From Candidatus Omnitrophota bacterium (GTDB lineage: Bacteria > Omnitrophota > Gorgyraeia > Gygaellales > Profunditerraquicolaceae), in NCBI GenBank assembly GCA_016783715.1, contig JADHWA010000001.1, forward strand, positions 118-64,117: 64,000 nt of DNA, given 5' to 3'. Below, piece by piece: positions 39,976 to 50,505 of this stretch. Every line of letters starts with the position of its first letter. Position 1 is the stretch's first letter. Made by a program: the position numbers and the translations under genes. The notes below the pieces were generated by a model. It did no database searches and was not told the origin of the DNA. It worked only from the letters and a program-made list of their open reading frames with translations.

Positions 39976-41034
39976 TTATCCCCCCATTTCTTTTAATAAC
40001 ACGGGTATACATTTACTAAAAGAAACCTTCTTGACCGCTTTACCTCTCTTAAAATAAAGGCCACTCTTTTTACCGAAGGCAACCCCCATGTCGGCTGCGG
40101 CTGCCTCGCCGGGACCGTTAACCACGCACCCCATAAGAGCGATCTTTAAATTCGGGTTTAGCCGCCTTCCGGATGCATTTAACTTCCTCTGGAAATCATT
40201 GACTAATCTGACTAAATCTACCTCGCAGCGTCCGCAGGTCGGACAGCTAATCACTTCCGGGCCAAAGGCCCCTAACCCTAATGCTGCCAATATGTTCTTT
40301 GCGGTCTCAACTTCGGTATGCGGAGGTTCGGTCAAAGATGTCCTTATTGTATCACCAATCCCCTCTAATAGCAAACATCCAATGCCGATACTGGATTTGA
40401 CGATCCCCGAAAAGAAGGAGCCGCTTGCGGTAATGCCCAGATGCAGCGGATAATCACAACGGCGGCTGATCAGCCGATAAGCCTCAATAGTATCAAAAAT
40501 ATTCGAGGCTTTTAATGAAATCACTATATCGTAAAAGTTACAACTCTCTATGATCTTTAAATAATCCAGGGCGCTTTTGACCATCGACTCTGCCGGGCGC
40601 CTACCTTTTAGGCTGCCTCCGGGGAGAGACCCGGAATTCAAGCCAACCCGAATTGCGATTTTTCTTCTCTTTGCCGCCTGAGCTATCTCGACGACATCTT
40701 GTTTCCTGTAAATATTCCCGGGGTTAAGCCTGATCTTATCTGCGCCGCAGGCAATCGCCTCTAGCGCCAGCCGCCGGTCAAAATGGATGTCGGCTACCAG
40801 TGGGATTTTTATCTTTGCCTTTATCTTTGCGATTGCCCGGGCATCCCGGAGATCTTTTACTGCCACTCGCACAATCGCACAGCCCAGAAGCTCCAGCTCC
40901 CTGATCTGCTTTACTACTCCTCTAATATCGGAAGTGGCGCACTTGACCATCGATTGTATGGCTATTGGGTTACCCCCTCCAATAGCAACTTTGCCGATCT
41001 TAACAACTTTTGACTTGCGCCTTTTTATTCTCAT
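39976..41034 (-). CDS. ispG: 4-hydroxy-3-methylbut-2-en-1-yl diphosphate synthase
   Basis: GcpE family, C-terminal CPxCGRC. Confidence 0.9.
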   Translation of the reverse strand: MRIKRRKSKVVKIGKVAIGGGNPIAIQSMVKCATSDIRGVVKQIRELELLGCAIVRVAVKDLRDARAIAKIKAKIKIPLVADIHFDRRLALEAIACGADKIRLNPGNIYRKQDVVEIAQAAKRRKIAIRVGLNSGSLPGGSLKGRRPAESMVKSALDYLKIIESCNFYDIVISLKASNIFDTIEAYRLISRRCDYPLHLGITASGSFFSGIVKSSIGIGCLLLEGIGDTIRTSLTEPPHTEVETAKNILAALGLGAFGPEVISCPTCGRCEVDLVRLVNDFQRKLNASGRRLNPNLKIALMGCVVNGPGEAAAADMGVAFGKKSGLYFKRGKAVKKVSFSKCIPVLLKEMGG

Positions 41035-42113
41035 TTGAAAAACGATCCGATCTTATCGCCAAAGAACCTCAAGATATCATTATAGGCCACCAGAACCGCA
41101 AGAGTCACGATCAGAACAAATCCGGTCTGCGTAATCCTGTGCTCAATTTTCGGGCTTATCTGTCTACCTTTGATCTTCTCAATAAAAAGCAAAGCCAGAT
41201 GCCCTCCGTCTAAGATCGGCAGAGGCAGGAGATTAAAGATAGCCAGACTTATGCTTAATACTCCCATAAGATTCAAGACCGCAATTATACCTGTCTCGGC
41301 GGCTTTGGCGGTGATATAAAAAATGCCGATCGGTCCGGTCACTGATTCACGTAAAGATAGCGCGCCGGTAAGCATCCTCCAGAGCGCCTTATATGTGATC
41401 TGGGTCAGGACCTTGGTCTTCTCCATCCCCATCAATGCGGATTTAAAAAATCCGTATTTTACCTTAATGGTCTCAGAAACCTCCGGAGTTATCCCCAAAA
41501 GAGGTACGCTGCGCTTACCCCCCATCTGATCATCCAGCTGACTCTCCTGCAGTTGGATACTTTTAAGGAATTCCTTATTATTACGCATAACCCCAAGGTT
41601 GACTACCGCAGACGGTTCTTGAGTATAGATAAACGACTGAAGCTCCTCCCAAGAATTTATATCCCTGCCGTCTACAGAAACAATCCTGTCGCCTTTGCGC
41701 AGACCCGCCCTCTCTGCGCCGTAACCCTCCATTACCCCTCCGATCTCTGCCGGAATAGTGGGATAACCGACAAAAAATATCCACCAAAAACATAAGAAAC
41801 CGAAAAGATAATTCAAAAGAGGGCCACAGAAGATTATCTTTGCGCGCGCAAGAGGGGTTTTGCTTAAATATTCATCAGGTTTACCTTTGCGCTCTCCGAG
41901 ATTGTCTCCGGCCATCTTCACATACCCGCCGAAGGGGATGGCATTGATCTTATACAAAGTTTTATTCTTTAAAATTTTGTAGAGGCACGGCCCGAATCCT
42001 ACAGAGAAGCACTCCACCTTAACCCCTTGCCGCTTGGCAACGATAAAATGGCCGAACTCGTGCACAATAATTAAAACTCCAAAAACTATTACAAAAGTTA
42101 AAAATGTTATCAT
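41031..42113 (-). CDS. rseP: RIP zinc metalloprotease RseP
   Basis: HEFGH site-2 protease motif, PDZ, LDG motif. Confidence 0.85.
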   Translation of the reverse strand: MITFLTFVIVFGVLIIVHEFGHFIVAKRQGVKVECFSVGFGPCLYKILKNKTLYKINAIPFGGYVKMAGDNLGERKGKPDEYLSKTPLARAKIIFCGPLLNYLFGFLCFWWIFFVGYPTIPAEIGGVMEGYGAERAGLRKGDRIVSVDGRDINSWEELQSFIYTQEPSAVVNLGVMRNNKEFLKSIQLQESQLDDQMGGKRSVPLLGITPEVSETIKVKYGFFKSALMGMEKTKVLTQITYKALWRMLTGALSLRESVTGPIGIFYITAKAAETGIIAVLNLMGVLSISLAIFNLLPLPILDGGHLALLFIEKIKGRQISPKIEHRITQTGFVLIVTLAVLVAYNDILRFFGDKIGSFFK

Positions 42114-43273
42114 CTTTTTTGGCTCCTTAGTTGTACAAACCGCCAGGCCCTTGAGCGCGCCCAGCGATCGGCATCGAGAATCTGCTCTAGCCCGGGGGAC
42201 TTTATGATCTTATGCTCGTTTGTAACCTTCTCGATAATATAGGCGATAGAGGTAAAATCAATTAGTTCACTCAAGAATCCCTGCACACTGATCTCGTTTG
42301 CCGCATTCAATACCGCCGGTAATGTACCTCCCTTTTTTGCTGCCAGAAGCGATAATTTTAAACAGGGGAATAATTTAAAATTAGGCTCTGCGAAGTTTAA
42401 ATTCTTTATTTTATAAAAATCCAGCTCCGGCAGAGAGCTGGGAAGCCTCTGTGGATAAGTCAGGGCATACTGGATCGGTATGCGCATATCAGTAGCCGAT
42501 AACTGAGCCAAGATTATTCCGTCAACGAACTCAACCATTGAATGCACTATCGCCTCCGGATGTATCAAGATTCGAATCTTATCATGCCCCACCCCGAATA
42601 AATACATTGCCTCCAATAATTCCAGCCCCTTATTCATCAGGGTGGCAGAATCTACGGTAATCTTCTTGCCCATCTTCCAGCGGGGATGCTTTAACACCTG
42701 GGCTACGGTAACTTTCTTAATCCTCTGCCTGCTGCTGCCCCTTAAAGGGCCACCGGAGGCGGTAAGATAAATCTTTTTGAGTCGATTCATATCTTCACCC
42801 CGTAGGCACTGCCAGATCGCCGACTGTTCGCTGTCTACCGGAATTATCTTTACTCCCCTAAGGCGCGCTCTCTTCATAATCAGGGGTCCGGCCATTACTA
42901 ATGCTTCCTTATTTGCCAAGGCGATATCCAGCCCATAGTCAATCGCCCTCAGTAGCGGCTTAAGAGCCGCCGACCCGCTGACTGCCAGAATTACCTTATC
43001 CAGCCGCCTGTCCGATAGGATCTTATCCAGGCCACAATCTTCAGAGAAAACACTAACCTTGCCGTTAGTGATCGATTTCAAAGATGCCGCAGTAGCTCTA
43101 TCGGCTACCCAGGCAGACTTGCAAGCTGTCTCTTTAATCTGCTCTGAGAGAACCTTGATATTAGAGTTTGCACTCAAGGCCAAGATCCGAAAATCCTTCC
43201 TTAGTTCCTTGATTATTTTTATGCTGTTTTTTCCGATTGAGCCTGTTGAGCCCAAGATAGCTATATTTTTCAT
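42110..43273 (-). CDS. dxr: 1-deoxy-D-xylulose 5-phosphate reductoisomerase
   Basis: ILGSTGSIG NADPH motif. Confidence 0.9.
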   Translation of the reverse strand: MKNIAILGSTGSIGKNSIKIIKELRKDFRILALSANSNIKVLSEQIKETACKSAWVADRATAASLKSITNGKVSVFSEDCGLDKILSDRRLDKVILAVSGSAALKPLLRAIDYGLDIALANKEALVMAGPLIMKRARLRGVKIIPVDSEQSAIWQCLRGEDMNRLKKIYLTASGGPLRGSSRQRIKKVTVAQVLKHPRWKMGKKITVDSATLMNKGLELLEAMYLFGVGHDKIRILIHPEAIVHSMVEFVDGIILAQLSATDMRIPIQYALTYPQRLPSSLPELDFYKIKNLNFAEPNFKLFPCLKLSLLAAKKGGTLPAVLNAANEISVQGFLSELIDFTSIAYIIEKVTNEHKIIKSPGLEQILDADRWARSRAWRFVQLRSQKR

Positions 43274-44067
43274 CTGCCAACAATATTGATGTAAAAATAA
43301 AATACCGGTGCCGTAAAGAGCAGGCTGTCCATTACGTCTAAAACTCCCCCCATCCCGGGAATGATCCCGCCGGAATCCTTAATGCGGCAATCCCGCTTGA
43401 TTAAAGACTCTGCCAAGTCCCCCAGTTGGCCCAGGAATCCTAGAATCAACCCGAAAATCACAAGATGCAGATACCCCAGGTTTAATAATGTTCGACAGCT
43501 CAGTGCTCCCAATACACTAAAAAACAAACCTCCTAATGCCCCCTCTAAAGACTTCTTGGGACTGATTCGCGGCACTAGAGGAGTCCTGCCAAAACGCGAG
43601 CCGATTAAATAGGCGCCAACATCCCCTAATTTTGTAACCACCAGCAGCGTGGCAAAAAGGGCAATACCGTCTTGGAAATTCCTGATCTTGATCAGAAAAC
43701 TAAAGAACCATGAAATATAAAGTATGCCGAATACCGTAGTTGATATATCCACTACCACACCGCTGTGATCGCGTCGCTTAAAAAGCATGATAATCAAGAA
43801 TAATAAGGTCAGAATTATAAAAAATAATTCCCACTTCTTGGTTAATTCAAAATTGAAAATAATCGAAAGCGGGATTATTGTGCCCATTACAATGCCAAAA
43901 TATTTATAGGCGTGAATACTTTTCTTCTCCAACATCGTAAAGAACTCGTATAAGCCGGTGATGATAAAGAAGATCACCATGATGTTAAAGAACCAATCTA
44001 GAAAAATAGTCGCCCAGACCACAGCAATCAGAAGCAAAGCGCTGAGTATCCTTTTTATCAACATCAT
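43270..44067 (-). CDS. cdsA: phosphatidate cytidylyltransferase
   Basis: CTP_transf_1 signature region; start set to the ATG at 44067, which forms an ATGA overlap with the uppS stop. The track start at 44145 would overlap uppS by 82 nt. Confidence 0.8.
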   Translation of the reverse strand: MMLIKRILSALLLIAVVWATIFLDWFFNIMVIFFIITGLYEFFTMLEKKSIHAYKYFGIVMGTIIPLSIIFNFELTKKWELFFIILTLLFLIIMLFKRRDHSGVVVDISTTVFGILYISWFFSFLIKIRNFQDGIALFATLLVVTKLGDVGAYLIGSRFGRTPLVPRISPKKSLEGALGGLFFSVLGALSCRTLLNLGYLHLVIFGLILGFLGQLGDLAESLIKRDCRIKDSGGIIPGMGGVLDVMDSLLFTAPVFYFYINIVGR

Positions 44068-44777
44068 GCCCCTCCGAATCTTCGCTCTCTTTTCTGGTAA
44101 ACTTTTATCGCTTTCTCTAAATCCTCCCGCCGGAATTCCGGCCAATATTTCTTAGGGAAGTATAATTCCGCATAAGAAAGCTGCCAGAGTAAAAAATTGC
44201 TTAGTCGTTTTTGAGCACTGGTGCGAATCAGCAGGTCTGGTTCCGGCAGGCCGCGGGTATACAGATAATCAGAGAAGTTCTCAACGTTAAGATCCTGGAT
44301 ATCTACCTGGCCCTTTAGGAGCCTCTCTGAGAACTCCTTTACCGCGTCAACGATCTCCTGCCTGGATCCATAATTCATGGCTAAGACTACCGTCATCCCG
44401 GTATTGTCTCTTGTCTTATCTTCTGCCTGACGAAGCCTATTCAATAGACTCTTAGGGACAGGCTCTTCTCTTCCTATGACTTTAAAACGGATATTATTCT
44501 TGTGTAACTCTTTAATTTCCCGGTTGAGAAAGCTACTCAGGTAACGTAAGAGAATACTGACTTCCTGTTTTGGCCTGCTCCAATTTTCCGTGGAGAAAGC
44601 AAAGAAAGTAATCGCACTAACCCCGATCTCTGCAGCTGCCTTGACAATCTCCCTGACCCTCTCTACTCCCTGGTGGTGTCCGGCTGAACGGGGCAGACCC
44701 CTCTCTTTCGCCCACCTGCCGTTACCATCCATGATAATGGCAATATGTTTAGGTATATTATCCTTGCTTAACATCAT
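44064..44777 (-). CDS. uppS: undecaprenyl diphosphate synthase
   Basis: HIAIIMDGNGRWA. Confidence 0.9.
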   Translation of the reverse strand: MMLSKDNIPKHIAIIMDGNGRWAKERGLPRSAGHHQGVERVREIVKAAAEIGVSAITFFAFSTENWSRPKQEVSILLRYLSSFLNREIKELHKNNIRFKVIGREEPVPKSLLNRLRQAEDKTRDNTGMTVVLAMNYGSRQEIVDAVKEFSERLLKGQVDIQDLNVENFSDYLYTRGLPEPDLLIRTSAQKRLSNFLLWQLSYAELYFPKKYWPEFRREDLEKAIKVYQKRERRFGGA

Positions 44778-44801
44778 AATAAGTCTAGAGTCGGTTTTAA
44801 C

Positions 44802-44830
44802 AAAAAAGGGGATATTCTATCCCCTTTTTT
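44802..44830 (-). terminator. rho-independent terminator (bidirectional dyad AAAAAAGGGGATATTCTATCCCCTTTTTT)
   Basis: perfect 7-bp GC stem flanked by A6 and T6; sits after the coiled-coil gene and before uppS. Confidence 0.65.
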
Positions 44831-44871
44831 AAAAAATTAGAGGCAGCTTTTGTAATATCTGGCGGCCTAGG

Positions 44872-45246
44872 TCATCTCTTCTCGCTTGTCTTCTTTTTCA
44901 GGCCCGCCTCTTGGGCGTCTTTAAGGGCAGATATCTTCTCCAACTCTTCCTGCAGCTCTTCCAGGCTCTGGTGCTCTAAGGCTAACTCATCCTCTAGCGC
45001 ATGATACTTTGTTTCCTGGGCCTGGAGATCCGCCTTGGCCGTATTAAGCTGCTCTTCCAAGTCAGCTTTCTCTTCATTAAAGCTGCTGAATTTTTCTTCT
45101 AGTTCAAATCTCTTCCCCCTCTCATTCTCACGAGAGAGACTCTGACGGCGGGCATTGCTGCAAGAGCCTACAGTCACCAAAAATAGGATAGCGCAGATTA
45201 TTGTCAGAATTATAATAACCCTATTCTTTAAACCGGATTCTACCAT
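44872..45246 (-). CDS. membrane-anchored coiled-coil protein
   Basis: N-terminal TM then heptad-rich EEL/QEL segment; no recognisable domain. Confidence 0.4.
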   Translation of the reverse strand: MVESGLKNRVIIILTIICAILFLVTVGSCSNARRQSLSRENERGKRFELEEKFSSFNEEKADLEEQLNTAKADLQAQETKYHALEDELALEHQSLEELQEELEKISALKDAQEAGLKKKTSEKR

Positions 45247-45273
45247 CAGATACCCTTCTTGTTTTTAACTATA

Positions 45274-45900
45274 TTATTTAATTCTGAAACTACTATCTAG
45301 ATCCTTTGACTTGGCAATCTCCGGGAGTATGACTATCTCTACCCGGCGGTTCAATTGGCGGCCTTCTTTTGTATCATTATCTGAGACCGGGCTAAACTCT
45401 CCGTATCCGATCGCCGATAACCGCTGCGGAGCCACCCTTTCTTCTTTCTGGAGATAATGCAGGACACTTAAGGCCCGCGCCGAAGAAAGCTCCCAGTTTG
45501 ACTTCCATCCAGAATACTGTATCGGAATATTATCGGTATGCCCCTCAATACCTACATTATAATCAGATACATCCTCTCTCAGGACCCGACCTACCTGATC
45601 AAGCACATTATTGGCCTCCGCCCTGATATCTGCTTTTCCGGAATCAAAGAGAAGGTCCCCTACAACGGTAATAACCAGGCCCTTATCTCTCATCTGCAGG
45701 CTAACCTGCTGATCCTGAATCTCTTGACCTAATCTGTTTTCAAGAGTCCTTTTGGCGCGCTCCAACTCATTAAGCTGCTCTGAAAGCTCTTTGATCTTAT
45801 CTGTATCCGAACGTCTTCCGGCTTGGAAGATAAATGTGCAGCCGGATACCGCCAGAGACAAAAAAACTACCATCCCGATTTTAAATAATCTGGTTTTCAT
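45274..45900 (-). CDS. OmpA/MotB-domain lipoprotein
   Basis: lipobox, coiled coil, C-terminal OmpA-like GHTDN..SSARA..NRRVEI. Confidence 0.65.
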   Translation of the reverse strand: MKTRLFKIGMVVFLSLAVSGCTFIFQAGRRSDTDKIKELSEQLNELERAKRTLENRLGQEIQDQQVSLQMRDKGLVITVVGDLLFDSGKADIRAEANNVLDQVGRVLREDVSDYNVGIEGHTDNIPIQYSGWKSNWELSSARALSVLHYLQKEERVAPQRLSAIGYGEFSPVSDNDTKEGRQLNRRVEIVILPEIAKSKDLDSSFRIK

Positions 45901-45952
45901 CTACTAACCTCCTGTGTTCTATAATGTTATTAAAAATTTCGGTTGGAGCTTA

Positions 45953-45981
45953 ACTATAACATAATCAATAGGTTTAGTCAA
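45953..45981 (-). promoter_or_regulatory. sigma70-like promoter candidate (TTGACT-17-TATAGT) for the OmpA-like / coiled-coil operon
   Basis: read on the minus strand; AGGAGG RBS follows. Confidence 0.45.
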
Positions 45982-46002
45982 GAGCTAAATTTTTACCTGA
46001 AG

Positions 46003-47286
<1,284 letters not shown>

Positions 47287-48522
47287 TTAAGGATTAACGC
47301 TGAATATCTTGCGCGCAATATCAGGATGCCTGGCGATAAACTTCAACTCCTCGTCGACCAGTGGTTTCTGATTATGGACATTGGCGTAACGTACAAGCTC
47401 TAGGACCTCTGTAGCCTCCTGGTCATTGTGAAATGCCACCTCTAATTTTTCATAGACATTACGGAACCCCTTGATCCCTGAATACTCTCCGGCTGTGATT
47501 TTGCGGCCGGTCTCAACGACTTCCGGCTCTCCGCGGCCCAGCTCTTCATAATCATACAGCTCATAGTTTCTTCTGTCTTTGAGTGCACCGTCGGCATGTA
47601 TTCCGGATTCATGTGCAAAAGCGTTGGCACCGATCCCCGGCTGATTAATCGGTATTGGCACCCCGAATGCATAAGAGGCATATTTACAACTCTTCCATGC
47701 CTTTTTGAGATTTATTCCTTCATCCAGTTTATAACTGGCCATACCGCTGCCGTGCTTAACTGCTAAAATTACCGAAACTAAATCCGCGTTTCCTGCGCGC
47801 TCCCCCATACCGTTGACACAGGTGTTGATATAGGCATCGCATCCGCAATCAACAGCCGCCCTTGCTCCGGCGATCGAATTTGCCACCACCAGTCCTAAAT
47901 CATTATGGCAGTGAATTTCAATCGGCAGTGAAATTGCCTTAGCCAGGGCCTTGATCCGCTGGTATATCGAAAAAGGCGTATCACATCCTAAGGTATCGCA
48001 ATAGCGGACTCTCTTGGCTCCTGCTTTTTTGGCAGCCCGGGCAAACTTTATAAGATATTTTAAGTCTGTCCTTGATGCATCTTCTGCATTGACGCCTATA
48101 CTCTCTACGCCCAACTCTATCGCCTCACTTACCGCCTGAACCATCGTCTTAATTACCAGAGAGTGGTCCAGCTTACCTTTAAACTTATGGAGGATCATCT
48201 GGTCAGAGGTAGAAATAGACAGATTTACATTCTTCAAGGACGGCACCAGCGATAAGCCACCCCTGACATCATCGACAGTAGCCCGCATCCATCCTCCAAG
48301 CCTGATTGGGCTCAATACGCCTTTCTCTGCTAATTCCAGATTTGCGTTCAGGTAATTTGTCTCATGGTGCGTCAGGGGAAAACCAAACTCGGACTGAAAG
48401 ACCCCCATCTGATTAAGGTGTATATTCAGCATGGTCTTCTGCAGCTTAGATAGGCAGATACGCGAAGTCTGTACTCCGTCACGATTAGTAACATCGATTA
48501 AATAAATTTTAGCTTTCTTCAT
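47287..48522 (-). CDS. HMGL-like aldolase of the isopropylmalate / homocitrate / citramalate synthase family (short form, no regulatory domain)
   Basis: IDVTNRDGVQ, HCHNDLG, TCVNGMGERAGN motifs. Confidence 0.65.
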   Translation of the reverse strand: MKKAKIYLIDVTNRDGVQTSRICLSKLQKTMLNIHLNQMGVFQSEFGFPLTHHETNYLNANLELAEKGVLSPIRLGGWMRATVDDVRGGLSLVPSLKNVNLSISTSDQMILHKFKGKLDHSLVIKTMVQAVSEAIELGVESIGVNAEDASRTDLKYLIKFARAAKKAGAKRVRYCDTLGCDTPFSIYQRIKALAKAISLPIEIHCHNDLGLVVANSIAGARAAVDCGCDAYINTCVNGMGERAGNADLVSVILAVKHGSGMASYKLDEGINLKKAWKSCKYASYAFGVPIPINQPGIGANAFAHESGIHADGALKDRRNYELYDYEELGRGEPEVVETGRKITAGEYSGIKGFRNVYEKLEVAFHNDQEATEVLELVRYANVHNQKPLVDEELKFIARHPDIARKIFSVNP

Positions 48523-48535
48523 AACAATCCTCCTT

Positions 48536-48720
48536 CAATGAGCAGATCCTTGACATCGGAGATGTCAAGGATAGCGTCAATCGTTTATCAGTCTATCAGC
48601 GTCTGCGAATTGAACCCAGCACTAATTTTGCTTCGGATCGTAAACTACAGAAAATTAGTGCTGGGTAAAATTCAGCCACCGAACTTACCTCGCTTACTCT
48701 CCGTAAGTTCGGGCTTCATT
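48536..48720. repeat. type-A three-hairpin repeat element (stop of the nucleotidase-like gene to leuA-like start)
   Basis: collinear with 4943-5120: linker AGCGTC..GCGTCTGCGAATTGAACCCAGCAC conserved, hairpin sequences swapped (CCTTGACATC../..GATGTCAAGG; CCGAACTTAC..GTAAGTTCGG). Confidence 0.7.
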
Positions 48721-50505
48721 TTACCTCCTGAATATTTTCTTGAATTCCTCTTGGCTGCCTGGGCCGCTGGTGCTGAAAATCTGCTGATTATCGATTAAGA
48801 ATGTAGGCCCGAACATAACCTGTAATTCACTATTAAGCCTGATGTTCTCGCTGAGCAAATCTCTTCCCTCCTGACTCCTGGCACAGTCTCTGACCCGGGA
48901 GACGTCGCATTCACCCGATAGACACTCCTCCCACCAGGAGCTGTTGATATTTTTTGCCCGGCAGATTATATAATCCCAGAAATCCTGCGGACACCAAGTT
49001 TTGACACAGAGGCTGCGCAGATACTCCTCGATCTCACCGGTGCCACCGGCAGAATCGAATTTACCCTCTAGCTCGGTGGCCAGGAAGTGAATCCGGGGAT
49101 CAAAACTCCTGGTTGCTTCTAATATAGACGATGAATACTTATTGTAGAGGCTTATGAATAGGTCAAGGCCCCCGGATATTTTCTTCCTGTTGATATAATA
49201 GGATACGCCCGAGAATTCCGGTTTAAGTATTAGAAACTCATCCCCCTCGACGAACTTCTCTCTTAAGGCCCCAAAATTAGGCTCTTCGACGATCTCTTTC
49301 TCAAAGATAAAGGCCGGCAGAGTCTGGATATCCAGCTCGGCGACTATTTTCCTGGCTTGCCTTTGGGGATAGACAAGCTTAGAAGTAGTTACCCCTGGAA
49401 ATGTCTCTTCAAGATAAGTAATACTCCCGGCTGCATTAAACAACTCCCTTCTCTTGGGTTCAATTACCCAGAGCTTAACCTCCCCGGCAGGAGTAAATTC
49501 ACACTTAGCATCTGAAGTGCCCGGATTACCACAGGAGGCAATACTTCCTTTCTTCTTGCAATCGTTATCCCTGAAACACTGCGGCAGGACAGATTTAATC
49601 TCAGGATCGTCCCTAAACTTCTTGGTCAGTTCTATATCTTCGCTCTTTACATCTGTTATCCGGCCTGCCTCTATCTCCAGGGTAACCTTGCCTAAACTTC
49701 TGGCCTGCCAGGAAGGCTGTAAGATTATGGTGGAACTCTCTTCTGCCGTAAGGTCCTTCTCCATCCTGTTGTATCTGGTTATAAGTAGATCTACCCCCGG
49801 CACCTTCTTGACTAACTCCAGATCTTCACCCGGATCCAGCCGGCTCAAAAGTATGATTACTCCGACCTGATTATCTTTTAGCTGCTTAATCGTATCCCGG
49901 AGCGCTTCTTGGGGGGCGCTGACGCTGACACCGGATACTCTTCTGGCTATCCTGGGAGCTGATATGCCGATAATCCCCACCTTGACACTGCCGACTTGCT
50001 TGATAATAAAAGGATGAATCTTATCAAGCTTAACATTGCATGATACAAGCGGGAATTTATTCTCGTCGGAGAATTTTGTAAAGAACTCTTTCCCGAAGCC
50101 AAACTCATCCTCTCCGATACAGGCAGCGGTATACCCCATCAATTGCATCGCCCTGATATTGGCCAGTGTTCTCTCTTTATCAAGCCGGGAATTCTGCGCG
50201 TATTCATCTTGTGGTCCCCCGGCAAAAAAAGATCCCGAATCAAGTAATAAGGCATCAGGAGCCTGCTTTCTGATCTGCTTTACCAGCGTAGACCTACGGG
50301 CTAAACCCCCGTTTCGCTCGTGCGGGCAGTCACAAGGGTATAGCATCGCGTGAGTGTCGCCGGTATATAAAATTGTAATTTCCTCCGCGAAAGAGAGCGA
50401 AAAGTTCAAAACGCAAAGTGCAAAACTAAAACTTAAAGCTAAAAGCTTTACACTTTTAACTTCACCTTTGCGCTCTGCGCTTTGCGCTTTGCGCTTATTT
50501 ATCAT
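48721..50505 (-). CDS. secreted calcineurin-like metallophosphoesterase / 5'-nucleotidase-family protein with Cys-rich and DsbA-like C-terminal extension
   Basis: signal peptide; GDTHA metallophosphatase motifs; C-terminal GPTFLIDNQ resembles a thioredoxin-fold cis-Pro loop; many Cys. Confidence 0.55.
   Translation of the reverse strand: MINKRKAQSAERKGEVKSVKLLALSFSFALCVLNFSLSFAEEITILYTGDTHAMLYPCDCPHERNGGLARRSTLVKQIRKQAPDALLLDSGSFFAGGPQDEYAQNSRLDKERTLANIRAMQLMGYTAACIGEDEFGFGKEFFTKFSDENKFPLVSCNVKLDKIHPFIIKQVGSVKVGIIGISAPRIARRVSGVSVSAPQEALRDTIKQLKDNQVGVIILLSRLDPGEDLELVKKVPGVDLLITRYNRMEKDLTAEESSTIILQPSWQARSLGKVTLEIEAGRITDVKSEDIELTKKFRDDPEIKSVLPQCFRDNDCKKKGSIASCGNPGTSDAKCEFTPAGEVKLWVIEPKRRELFNAAGSITYLEETFPGVTTSKLVYPQRQARKIVAELDIQTLPAFIFEKEIVEEPNFGALREKFVEGDEFLILKPEFSGVSYYINRKKISGGLDLFISLYNKYSSSILEATRSFDPRIHFLATELEGKFDSAGGTGEIEEYLRSLCVKTWCPQDFWDYIICRAKNINSSWWEECLSGECDVSRVRDCARSQEGRDLLSENIRLNSELQVMFGPTFLIDNQQIFSTSGPGSQEEFKKIFRR
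50467..50494. repeat. heptamer microsatellite (TTTGCGC / TCTGCGC)x4 at codons 5-13 of the nucleotidase-like gene
   Basis: 4 copies, 1 variant; encodes KRKAQSAERK. Confidence 0.7.
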
